From positions 1-27,348 of the IMG/VR virus record IMGVR_UViG_3300012942_000119: 27,348 nt of DNA; one strand, given 5' to 3'. The stretch is from a virus (taxonomy: Duplodnaviria; Caudoviricetes). Positions 7,874-16,437 of the stretch are shown piece by piece (positions within the stretch are counted from its first letter, which is position 1; every line of letters begins with the position of its first letter). The notes beneath the pieces were generated by a model, which made no database searches, was not told where the DNA came from, and saw nothing but the letters and a program-made list of their open reading frames with translations. A program made the position numbers and the translations under genes.

Positions 7874-8986
7874 CTAACTCCACGTCACCGTGCCGAGCAC
7901 GGGTAACGCACCGGCCGGAAGCGGAATATCGTCGGTCGGCGAGAGAATCAGAAAGTCATTCACGCCCGGCACCGTCGACACCGCGGCCCACAGGTGCGCG
8001 AGGATAACATCGCCGCCCGGCTGTCCATCGGCCGCGAGTTGTGCCGTGAGCGCAGCCCTTACGGCATCCTGATTCTGCACGTCGATTCCGCGAATGCTGA
8101 TATCGAGCGCCGACGCGAGGGGCGAAACGACATAAAGCAGCGCCGTGACCGGCCGTAATGGATAGATGGCGTTCGCCACGGCGAGCTGGTCGCCGCTTGC
8201 TGTCGGCCCGCGCGATTCGTCGGCCGCGCATCCGTCGGTGCCCTGCGGAAATCCGTTATGCGCGACGTTCGCGCCGTCGAGCATGACATAAACAATCACG
8301 GTGCCCGGCCCGTAACCACTGCCAACACACCATGCGCGCGTGACGCCCGGCACCGCCAGCGCCCATGCGATATAGTCGGCCGCCGAGCCGCCCTGCGGCG
8401 GGTTCTGATAGATATAGATAACGCGGGCGCGATAATCGTCGTTGCCTTCGATGTCCGCGCCGCCTGTGAATGGGGTAACGGCGGTTCCCGTTGAATCGAT
8501 ACCGGCCACCGCATTAGCGAGGGTAAATTGCGTGCCGGCTGGACAGTCGCCTTTCGCACCGCTCAAGCCCTGCGGATCGGCGACGGCGGCCACCGTTACC
8601 GTCACAGCGCCGCCGCTAACTTCGGCCGCAGCGGTCGCCGAGTAGCCAACGCCGTCGCTACGCGTGATGCCCGCGCCGGCCAAAATCAGTTTGCCGTCTG
8701 CGCCGCCAAACGTGATGAGACCCGACGCCTGCGCGCACGGCTTGCGCGTGACACCCTTGAGCGCGCCCCAGGCTTCGAGGTATTCATCGGTCGCTGTGAA
8801 CGGCGTGCATTGCAGCGCAATCCAGTCGTGATAGCCGTACAGCATGCACGCGAGCGCGGCGTCGATATCCGCAATCACGCGCAGATTCGAGAACCGCAAC
8901 AGCGCATCCGCATCAGGCAGGCGCGCGTTTAACTGCTGCGCGCAGGCATTGCGTAGCTGGGTAAGCGTTGGACGCAGATACGGCAT
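7874..8986 (-). CDS. baseplate J-like wedge protein (Mu gp47-like)
   Basis: MPYLRPTL, GGADIE...YRARV, PPQGGSAADYIAWALAVPGVTRAW motifs. Confidence 0.92.
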   Translation of the reverse strand: MPYLRPTLTQLRNACAQQLNARLPDADALLRFSNLRVIADIDAALACMLYGYHDWIALQCTPFTATDEYLEAWGALKGVTRKPCAQASGLITFGGADGKLILAGAGITRSDGVGYSATAAAEVSGGAVTVTVAAVADPQGLSGAKGDCPAGTQFTLANAVAGIDSTGTAVTPFTGGADIEGNDDYRARVIYIYQNPPQGGSAADYIAWALAVPGVTRAWCVGSGYGPGTVIVYVMLDGANVAHNGFPQGTDGCAADESRGPTASGDQLAVANAIYPLRPVTALLYVVSPLASALDISIRGIDVQNQDAVRAALTAQLAADGQPGGDVILAHLWAAVSTVPGVNDFLILSPTDDIPLPAGALPVLGTVTWS

Positions 8987-8989
8987 GGC

Positions 8990-9014
8990 AAAAAAGACGC
9001 GCGGGGAACGCGCG
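8990..9014 (-). terminator. terminator-like hairpin between gp46-like and baseplate J genes
   Basis: Minus strand CGCGCG-ttccc-CGCGCG then TCTTTTTT. Confidence 0.55.
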
Positions 9015-9021
9015 GACTGGT

Positions 9022-9462
9022 TCAGCGCGACCAGACCCGTTCGAATTTCATCGCGACGGGCGTGCTGTTCGAGCGGTTCGCAATCACGATCAGGTCAAGA
9101 CGGTTCGGCGCAATCCATTGCGCGCTGATATCGAACGAAGACACCACGCCGTCTTCAATCATCCATTGCAGTGATTCGGCGGCGTAGTCGTGCGCACGTT
9201 GCGGCACGTCCTGCGGACCCTTGACGCGATCGAGCAGCCACAGGCGCGAGCCGATGCGATGTTTCGTGTCCTGCGGATCGTCGCCCCACCAGCCGCGCCG
9301 GTCGCCGTCCGGCGTTGGATCGGACGGCAACGCGAGACGATCGGTAAAGAGCGAAATGAGTACGGCGGTTTGCAGATCGTCGCCGGATTTGAGCGACGGA
9401 CCGGACATGACCCAATCGCCGAGCATGCGCGCCGGCTCCCAGACGGTCGTAATGTCGGCCAC
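9022..9462 (-). CDS. phage GP46-family baseplate protein
   Basis: LQTAVLISLFTDR, RRGWWGD, IGSRLWLL and LQWMIEDGV motifs. Confidence 0.92.
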   Translation of the reverse strand: MADITTVWEPARMLGDWVMSGPSLKSGDDLQTAVLISLFTDRLALPSDPTPDGDRRGWWGDDPQDTKHRIGSRLWLLDRVKGPQDVPQRAHDYAAESLQWMIEDGVVSSFDISAQWIAPNRLDLIVIANRSNSTPVAMKFERVWSR

Positions 9463-9471
9463 GATGGCAAC

Positions 9472-10059
9472 TCATAGCTGGGGCGTGGGCGTGTTGCTGT
9501 TCGCTGTTCCCGAACCGCCTTCGATATTCGGCACCGTGTGGCGGTGCTCGTTGTAGGTCTGACGCATGCCCGCCATGTTGCTTGTATTCGTCGGTGCGTT
9601 ATCGAGGATATCGGCTCCTGCGTGTATGTAGCCGTCGCACTCGATATTGCCGGTTACATGCGTGAGCGGAGAATCGGCCGTGATTTCAGGGGTATTCGTG
9701 ATTTTCAACGGCAGCCCGCCACCATTGACGACGATTCCCGTCGCGGAGAGGTACACCGATTGACCCCGGTTGTCGCTCACGCATACTTCGCCCGTCGCGA
9801 GGTTGCGCACGCGGTATGTCTGGTGCCCGCACGCGATGACGACGCCGTTTGTGCGGTTGCCCGCGAGGAACACGGCCACCGCATCCGCGCCATCGGGCGG
9901 ATTGGACTGAAACCCGTATTCACACAGGCGCGGTGTCGAATCGCGTGTTTCACTTTGCGATAGCTGCATCTGCACAAGCTGGACCGGGCCGCTATCGTCA
10001 ATGCGCGTCAGCCGACCGCGTCCGAGCGAACGAATGATGTTCCAGAAAAGCGATTGCAT
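9472..10059 (-). CDS. baseplate spike, gpV / Mu gp45-like
   Basis: EYGFQSNPPDG, GEVCVSDNRGQ and the C-terminal YNEHRH His motif; start re-called at MQSLFW. Confidence 0.9.
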   Translation of the reverse strand: MQSLFWNIIRSLGRGRLTRIDDSGPVQLVQMQLSQSETRDSTPRLCEYGFQSNPPDGADAVAVFLAGNRTNGVVIACGHQTYRVRNLATGEVCVSDNRGQSVYLSATGIVVNGGGLPLKITNTPEITADSPLTHVTGNIECDGYIHAGADILDNAPTNTSNMAGMRQTYNEHRHTVPNIEGGSGTANSNTPTPQL

Positions 10060-10060
10060 G

Positions 10061-11125
10061 TCAGACCATGCCGAGCGCGGCGGCGGCATCCTGCGGCAAC
10101 GGCATGTAGAGGATTGGTTCCGGCTGGAATGCCTGCGGCGGCATGAGCGTGACATCGCAACCGGTGCCGTTCATGTCGCGTCGATACGTGATTTCGCCGA
10201 TGGTGAATTTCTGGCCGTCGATCAATTTCAGTTGCGGCAGCGACAGCGCTGCAAGCGTGTTCGGCCGGTAGAGTGCGCCGGCGCTGTCGCGCCACGTCGA
10301 AGCCGTCACCGTTACGAGGTTGCCGCGCCCGATGCGCCGGTTACATTCCCACAGCGCGTGGGCACTGGACACCACGTCGCCCGCGTCGCCGGTTTCGGCG
10401 ATGAACGCTTTCGGCCGGTAACGCGGCATCGTCGCATCGTTGACCGTGTATTCGGCCAACGGCTGCAATCCAAGGTCATTCATGATGCCGGTTCCTACCG
10501 GGTACACGCGGTACACGCTGAAACGCTGCGAGATATCGCGCACGTAGCCGGCGCGTTCGACGTTCACGCCGAGCGCGAAACCGCCGGCGGCTTCGTCAGT
10601 CGACACGGGACCGATGACCAGATCGCCGTACTCGTTTTCGTAGCACAGCAATTGCGCTACCTTGCAGAGGCGCTCAATGACTGAATAAGGCGTTTCGCCG
10701 ACGTTCAGGCATACCTGCGGATGAATAATTCCCTGGGACGCGGGCCGCACGCTGATTCCGAACGGCTCGCACAGCATGGCAGCGATTTCCGCCGTGCTGA
10801 CGTTCTGGAACTGGAACGAGTCGAAGACCGCCGAACAATCGACGAGGTCTTCGCACTTGCCGCGCCCCGCAACGGATAGCGCGTGAGTGTGCGCGTCGAT
10901 CTGTTCGCTGACGCGATCCACGTAGCCGGTGATTACGGTGTCGCCACCGATCGCCAGCACACATGGATCGCCTTCCATGACGAGCACGTCGGCCGTATGT
11001 GGATAACGTTCCGTCAGTCCGATATCGAAATCGGCCGGTATGCGTTCCACACCGCGCGTGACGCGTATGGTCGTCCAGCCGGCGATTGCCGTACCATTGA
11101 CGAGCAACGTCACGTCGTTATCCAT
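10061..11125 (-). CDS. baseplate hub, Mu gpP/gp44-like
   Basis: GWTTIRVTRGVE, VITGYVD, GRGKCEDLVDCS and WRDSAGALYRPN motifs. Confidence 0.9.
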   Translation of the reverse strand: MDNDVTLLVNGTAIAGWTTIRVTRGVERIPADFDIGLTERYPHTADVLVMEGDPCVLAIGGDTVITGYVDRVSEQIDAHTHALSVAGRGKCEDLVDCSAVFDSFQFQNVSTAEIAAMLCEPFGISVRPASQGIIHPQVCLNVGETPYSVIERLCKVAQLLCYENEYGDLVIGPVSTDEAAGGFALGVNVERAGYVRDISQRFSVYRVYPVGTGIMNDLGLQPLAEYTVNDATMPRYRPKAFIAETGDAGDVVSSAHALWECNRRIGRGNLVTVTASTWRDSAGALYRPNTLAALSLPQLKLIDGQKFTIGEITYRRDMNGTGCDVTLMPPQAFQPEPILYMPLPQDAAAALGMV

Positions 11126-11195
11126 TTCTAACCGTCAACCGACGTTTGCACGAAAGAGCAGACGTTGCTAGTGCATTCAACCGGGGGAACTACGT

Positions 11196-11825
11196 ATGCC
11201 TGTCTGGCAGTTGATAGCGTCAATCGCCGCGACGCTCCTTACATTGTTCGGCGTTCCGAAGCTGTATTTCGAAACGTCACTGGCATCTAAAAGCCGGATG
11301 CGTGAGGAATACCGGTTTATCAGGGAGATAATTGGCGAGCTTTTCGCTGTGTCTCCAATGCATCCGTTTCTGCGAGAGAGAGCCTGTCAGGCGCTTACCG
11401 GCGACAGGAATACGAACCCAAAGAACGTCGAATATCTGCTTTTGCGTCCTGACGCAGACATGCTTCTCAGGCGGTATTCCAACGGAAAGCGATATCTCGA
11501 ATCTGTCATCGTCAACGGCGTGACGGTTGGCCTTATATTTCGTGGATTGTATGCGAGAAACTCCGTGAGGGCGACCATCAAACTATGGTATGTGCTGCTC
11601 TATTCCATACCGATATTCAGCCTGCCTTTCATTGCCAAAGTTGTGAGTACAATACCCCATCTACACGCACCCCTGCTTTTCGGACTGGTTTGGTACCTGG
11701 CGGCCGTATGTTTGAGCTTCGCAATACTACATCGCGCATCGAAGATCGTGGACGCCGAAAGGCTTGTCTCGCTTCTTCAACGGGATACGGTTGTGCGCGA
11801 ACCGGCGACGGCGGAATCAGCCTGA
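11196..11825 (+). CDS. moron: hypothetical membrane protein
   Basis: Antisense to the late operon, visibly AT-richer, GGGGG RBS; one N-terminal and two C-terminal hydrophobic segments. Confidence 0.75.
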   Translation: MPVWQLIASIAATLLTLFGVPKLYFETSLASKSRMREEYRFIREIIGELFAVSPMHPFLRERACQALTGDRNTNPKNVEYLLLRPDADMLLRRYSNGKRYLESVIVNGVTVGLIFRGLYARNSVRATIKLWYVLLYSIPIFSLPFIAKVVSTIPHLHAPLLFGLVWYLAAVCLSFAILHRASKIVDAERLVSLLQRDTVVREPATAESA

Positions 11826-13136
11826 CGGCACACGGAACGCGACGGGCGCGAAACAGGGATTAACGGGGTTAATCTGGTCCAGCAGCGCGCCGTAGCGCGA
11901 TACGTCCTGGTAGAGCCGTTGCGCAACTACGATGACCGGTAGCGGTGCGCCCATCGCGACATCGCGCATGGTCGCGAGCGTTTCGCCGCGTGTCGCGAGG
12001 TCATGCACAACGGCGGTTTCCAGCGCGCCGAGCGCGCTAAACGTGGCGTCGTCGCCCGCATCGGCCGCAATCACGATTTCCGAATCGAGCGCATCACGCA
12101 CGGACGCGCGTAGCTGCTGCGCGTCGTCGTATGACGCCAGCGCATATCCGGTCGTGGTGTCTGCGAGTGCGATCACGGCCGAGCGCCGCAACAGCGCGGT
12201 TACGCCGGCATTGGCGGCCGATAACGCGTCGTTCGCGCGCACCTGTGCGGGTGCGGTCGCGCGCAGGGTTGCGAGCGACCGCACCGCCTGGTGCGGGTCC
12301 GGGTTCGCGGTCTGCACGGCCCTTACGAGCGCACGCGCCGATGACGCCATGCCGGGATAGTCGGCGATGGCCGCAGCGGCAACTAACGCCTTACCGCTTT
12401 TTGAGACCGTCTCGCGCGCCTGTGCGCCAGCGCCGGCCAGTTGCGTGATCGTGGCCGAGGCATTGCGCACGCTGGCTGTGAACTGCCCGACAAACCGCCC
12501 GTATTCGCCCCTCAGCGTCGCGACCATCGCAACCAGCGTCGTCGCGCGCTGTGTGATGTTCTGCGCGTCCACCAAGAACGCCTGCGCGGTGCGCTGTAGT
12601 TCGCCGATCAGCGGCGGCGTGGTCAGCAGCGACGACAGATCGTTGACGAAATCCTGCGCGGCGGCGGCGAACGCCGCGACCGCCGACAGCCGGGTTTGCG
12701 CCTGCGTGGCGATCGAGAGCGCCGGAAATTGAGGCGTGCCCGCTTCGATGAACGTAAAGCGGAGTTCAAAACTACGCCCGCGCGCCGACGATTCCTCGCA
12801 CTCGAATTCGAGCAATGAAACGTTGAGCCGGCCAAGCGACGGATGCACCAATTCTCCGTCGCCCCGGTCCGGTGTTTCACATGCCGCGATCAGCGTGGCG
12901 CGCTGGGCGAGCACGTCACCGCTGCCGTAGGCGGCGTCCTGCAACACGAACCCGGTTAGCGATATCCGCCGCCCGGCGCGTCCCAAGTCTTCTACCCATA
13001 CATCATCACGATATGGGTATTCATGCAGTGCAACGCGTCGGCCGATTTTCAGCGTGCCGCCACGTACCGCGAACGGTACGCCGCGCCATGATGCCGTCTG
13101 TAGTGCCGAAAAAAACGGCCGGTTGATCGCGCTCAC
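11817..13136 (-). CDS. DNA circularisation N-terminal domain protein (Mu gp43-like)
   Basis: ASWRGVPF, GRRVALHEYPYRD...VEDLGR, GELVHPSLG and LPVIVVAQRLYQD motifs. Confidence 0.9.
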   Translation of the reverse strand: MSAINRPFFSALQTASWRGVPFAVRGGTLKIGRRVALHEYPYRDDVWVEDLGRAGRRISLTGFVLQDAAYGSGDVLAQRATLIAACETPDRGDGELVHPSLGRLNVSLLEFECEESSARGRSFELRFTFIEAGTPQFPALSIATQAQTRLSAVAAFAAAAQDFVNDLSSLLTTPPLIGELQRTAQAFLVDAQNITQRATTLVAMVATLRGEYGRFVGQFTASVRNASATITQLAGAGAQARETVSKSGKALVAAAAIADYPGMASSARALVRAVQTANPDPHQAVRSLATLRATAPAQVRANDALSAANAGVTALLRRSAVIALADTTTGYALASYDDAQQLRASVRDALDSEIVIAADAGDDATFSALGALETAVVHDLATRGETLATMRDVAMGAPLPVIVVAQRLYQDVSRYGALLDQINPVNPCFAPVAFRVPSG

Positions 13137-13243
13137 GAGAACTATGAATTCGCCCGTCTAGCAGATGGCGAAATGTCAAAATCGAATTTTCGGGCCATCG
13201 AAATCGCCGAGGACCAGTGAACAAAAACAGGGAAGACGAAACA

Positions 13244-13564
13244 ATGCCCAGCGTGGGGAGCGCGCTTCTGCTGGCTATGGTGGAAGGCTTCGAGTTTCGC
13301 GTGTACGGCCCGCTTCTCTTAGCTCTGTTAGAAGGCTTGGGGTTTCTTCTTGTCGGCTGGTTGCCCGCCCCCTATGCGAGCCTCGGAACAATGATTACGG
13401 CGCTAATCGCCATCGCCGTGATATCGGCTTTTGGCCTGCTGTGGGCATTGGTCCTTTTGTGGGATCAACGAAAATCCGGGGCTTACCGGCTCGGCTGGAT
13501 AGTAGTTGGCACAATCATTCACGCCGTCGTTAGCCTGTACGTCTTTTCCATGTTCAGCGCTTAG
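13244..13564 (+). CDS. moron: small multi-TM membrane protein
   Basis: Antisense insertion between TMP and gp43-like gene; about three TM segments; ATG 13244 has a GGGAAG RBS (alternative GTG at 13217). Confidence 0.65.
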   Translation: MPSVGSALLLAMVEGFEFRVYGPLLLALLEGLGFLLVGWLPAPYASLGTMITALIAIAVISAFGLLWALVLLWDQRKSGAYRLGWIVVGTIIHAVVSLYVFSMFSA

Positions 13565-13568
13565 TCGC

Positions 13569-15650
13569 CTACCCGAATTCAGCCACCATCGGATGAGCCA
13601 CATGCAAACCGTTCGGCGTTTCAGTGCGAACGCTGGTGCGTCCGTCACGCTCGACATGGACCTGCGTATTGACATTCACGACCGGCGGTGCGGTCGCCGC
13701 CATCCGGGGCGGCGGCACGTTCAGCGGCGGTAGTGCCTGGCCCGAATTCATCGCGTCGAGCCCCATTGCTGCAAGCACTTTTGGCCCATAAGCTCGGGTT
13801 TCGACCGGTGCGTTCCCCATGCCCTTACGATCAAGATTGCCTTCGCCCCAGTTATACGCGGCAAGCGCCGCCGGCAGATTGCCCCGGTAGCGGTTGAGCA
13901 GCCCGGATAGTTTCTTTGCCGCAGCGTTCGCCGATTCCGCGGGATCAAGCGGATTAATGCCGTATTCGCGCGCCGTCGCGGGCATGAACTGGAACAGCCC
14001 TTTTGCACCGGCCGGACTGGCGGCGTTAGGATTGCCGCGCGACTCGACGTGCGCCACCGCCGCGAGTAGTCCAGGCGGCAGTCCGTAACGCTTTTCCAGC
14101 CCGGCGAAATCGAGGTTTTGCGCCCACCGCGCGACGCCTGCCGGTGCGCCGCCGATCGCATTATCGGGCGGCGTGCCGTTCGCCGGGAAGTTGGGCGAAC
14201 CGGGCCAGACGCCACCGGTTGCCGCTTCGGCCGCGCGGATACGGGCCAGTTTTTTCGTTTCGCCCTTGTTAAGCCCTTCGCTATGCAAGCCGAGGTATGC
14301 GCCGACGGTCAGCGGATTGACGAAGCGCAGCAGCCCGCCCGCGAAGCGTGCGAACAGACCACGACCGGCCGCCACCGCGCCAGCACCGGCGACACCGGCC
14401 GCCGCGGCACCGGCAGCGGCCGTACCGGCTGCGCCCGCCGCCGCGGCGGTTCCGGCCGCCGTCGCCGCCGCGCCGCCCGCGCCCATCATTGCGCTGGCGA
14501 GTCCGCCGAGGCGCAACACGAGACCCGCGATACTCGCGACCGCCGAGGCGATCGACGTAACGAAGCCGCCCGCCATGTACAGACCGACCGCCATGGCGAC
14601 GGTCTTAAAACCGCCCAGGTGCTGTACGGCCTTGAGAAGCCACGCCACCAGGCTGCCTATGGATTCGACCGTTTGCGCAACGTCATCGGGGAACGAATCC
14701 CAGTTGACCCCTGCGAAGAGGCGTTCAAACGCATTCGCGATGCGCTCGACCAGCGCGGCGACGCGCTGCGATATCAGTTCGCGATTCCGCGCGACCCAGC
14801 TCGCCATGCTCGCGATCATCGGGCCGAGCACTGGCGCTAGCCTGTCGGCAATCGAGGCTTTCAGCCCTTCGACCGCCTGGCCCATCTGCGAAACGGATAG
14901 CGAAAACGCCTGCGCGCGGGCCGCCATCTGAGGCGTAAAGTCACCGCGCAGCCGCCGTGCCTCCGCTTCGTATAGCTGCATGCCGCGTCGGCGCTGCGCA
15001 AGCATCGGCAATAGCTGTTCAACGCCCAGCGACCGGGCGAGATTGCGTGCGGCGGCCGGGTCACGCTTCTGGATACGCTGAATCCGGTCGGCGAGGTCAT
15101 ACATTGCCGCTTGCGTATCGACTGCGCCGGTACGTGTCCTGCGTAACGTGATGCCGAGCGCGTGGAGTGTCGCGAAAGCGGCCTGATTGCGGCCCCAGCG
15201 GGCATCCTGCAACGTGTCCTGCAACGCCTGGAATCCCGCCGTCATGCCTTGCGCGGACACGCCCGCAAGCGCCGCCGCGCCGCGCATCTGCGTTAGCTGG
15301 TTCGCGGTGATGCCGAGCAGGCGCGCGGTGCGATCGGTTTCCGCGCCAAAGCGTTCCCATTGGGTCACCATCTGCGTAAGGCCCGCGATGGTGCCACCGC
15401 CCACGATCGCGAGCAGCGGCGCAGCGATTCGCGTCACGCTGTGCGCCGCACGGCCCGCATGGGTTGCGACGTTTGACAGGTCTTTCGATACCCGCGTTAG
15501 CCCCGTGGCATCCGATAGCGCACGCGCGCTTTTCGCGAGGGTTTTATAAGGCGCGCTCATACGCTCAATTGAGCGGTTGACCCGCTCAATCGTCGCCGTC
15601 GCCTTATCGACCGCCGATATCGTATAGGTGATGGTTTTCGGGGCCATCAT
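13569..15650 (-). CDS. tape measure protein with C-terminal lytic transglycosylase (SLT) domain
   Basis: Position after the chaperone; helical Ala-rich body; VESRGNPNAASPAGAKGLFQFMPATA and ALAAYNWGEGN SLT motifs. Confidence 0.9.
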   Translation of the reverse strand: MMAPKTITYTISAVDKATATIERVNRSIERMSAPYKTLAKSARALSDATGLTRVSKDLSNVATHAGRAAHSVTRIAAPLLAIVGGGTIAGLTQMVTQWERFGAETDRTARLLGITANQLTQMRGAAALAGVSAQGMTAGFQALQDTLQDARWGRNQAAFATLHALGITLRRTRTGAVDTQAAMYDLADRIQRIQKRDPAAARNLARSLGVEQLLPMLAQRRRGMQLYEAEARRLRGDFTPQMAARAQAFSLSVSQMGQAVEGLKASIADRLAPVLGPMIASMASWVARNRELISQRVAALVERIANAFERLFAGVNWDSFPDDVAQTVESIGSLVAWLLKAVQHLGGFKTVAMAVGLYMAGGFVTSIASAVASIAGLVLRLGGLASAMMGAGGAAATAAGTAAAAGAAGTAAAGAAAAGVAGAGAVAAGRGLFARFAGGLLRFVNPLTVGAYLGLHSEGLNKGETKKLARIRAAEAATGGVWPGSPNFPANGTPPDNAIGGAPAGVARWAQNLDFAGLEKRYGLPPGLLAAVAHVESRGNPNAASPAGAKGLFQFMPATAREYGINPLDPAESANAAAKKLSGLLNRYRGNLPAALAAYNWGEGNLDRKGMGNAPVETRAYGPKVLAAMGLDAMNSGQALPPLNVPPPRMAATAPPVVNVNTQVHVERDGRTSVRTETPNGLHVAHPMVAEFG

Positions 15651-15814
15651 CTATCCCTGGACGGCTGCATGTTTGCCGCGATGCGCCGGGCCTGGGCGGC
15701 CCATTGCGCCAACTCCGTCCACGTCAGCGCGCCCGCGTCGCGCGGTCCCCAATGGAAGAACCAGGTAACGTCCGCGATTACATCGTGCAGGTTCGGCGGG
15801 ACTACTCGAAAAAA
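15647..15814 (-). CDS. -1 frameshift extension of the tail chaperone (P2 gpE'-like); absent from the ORF track
   Basis: GGT TTT TTC GAG TAG slippery end; -1 frame reads RVVPPNLHDVIADVTWFFHWGPRDAGALTWTELAQWAAQARRIAANMQPSRDR*, stop overlapping the TMP start. Confidence 0.8.
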   Translation of the reverse strand, partial: FFRVVPPNLHDVIADVTWFFHWGPRDAGALTWTELAQWAAQARRIAANMQPSRDR

Positions 15815-16038
15815 CCGGAAAGGTACTTGTTGCAGGCGTTGAAATCGCGCGCGCCCATCCTGCCGACCGTCGCGATTTCCACGTGCGCCATCGAGGCAAT
15901 GAGGTTTTTCATTGCGCGCACCGCGCCGAACTTCTGTGCGTCATCGTTCACCTTCGCAATTTCATCGACGGTCGGCTCACGCAGCGTGATTTCGGTTAGC
16001 CCATCAACCGGTGCGAGCAACGTAACGGTTTCGTCCAT
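15802..16038 (-). CDS. tail assembly chaperone (gpE / FluMu gp41-like)
   Basis: ITLREPTV and MGARDF...YLSGFF motifs; between tube and TMP. Confidence 0.88.
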   Translation of the reverse strand: MDETVTLLAPVDGLTEITLREPTVDEIAKVNDDAQKFGAVRAMKNLIASMAHVEIATVGRMGARDFNACNKYLSGFFE

Positions 16039-16050
16039 GATGTTCTCCCG

Positions 16051-16425
16051 TTACTGTTCCGTTACCGAGCCGCTGAACCCTTCGAACTTCGCTTCGAAGG
16101 TTGCGTCTGGCGTTTTGACTTCCTGCGCTTCGGTCGTCCACATGTTGCGGCCGATAACGGTCTTGCCGTTCGCCAGTTCGAGCGTTACGGTTACGTTGGT
16201 CATCGCGTTGAAGTCGGCGACCGTGAGCGTTCCGGCATCGCGGAACGAACCGGAAATAAACGGCGCGCGCGGTTTCTCGCTGTAGCCATGCACGCGGTCC
16301 TGGCCGACGAGTGATTCGCGCTCCACGTCGCCCGGCGAGTAGGCGAGTTCGCCCGCGAGCATGTAGTTCTGGCCGTCGACGGAGATATACGCAATGCCGG
16401 CAAGGCGGTTTGTGGTGTCAGGCAT
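16051..16425 (-). CDS. tail tube protein (Mu gpM-like)
   Basis: LAGIAYISVDG, GQDRVHGYSEKP and VTLELANGK motifs; follows the sheath. Confidence 0.9.
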   Translation of the reverse strand: MPDTTNRLAGIAYISVDGQNYMLAGELAYSPGDVERESLVGQDRVHGYSEKPRAPFISGSFRDAGTLTVADFNAMTNVTVTLELANGKTVIGRNMWTTEAQEVKTPDATFEAKFEGFSGSVTEQ

Positions 16426-16437
16426 GGCAACCCCCGA

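Noticed and set aside
15651-15899. 82-aa ORF overlapping the tail chaperone
   Set aside because: Wrong frame; the -1 frame gives the recognisable GpE'-like sequence.
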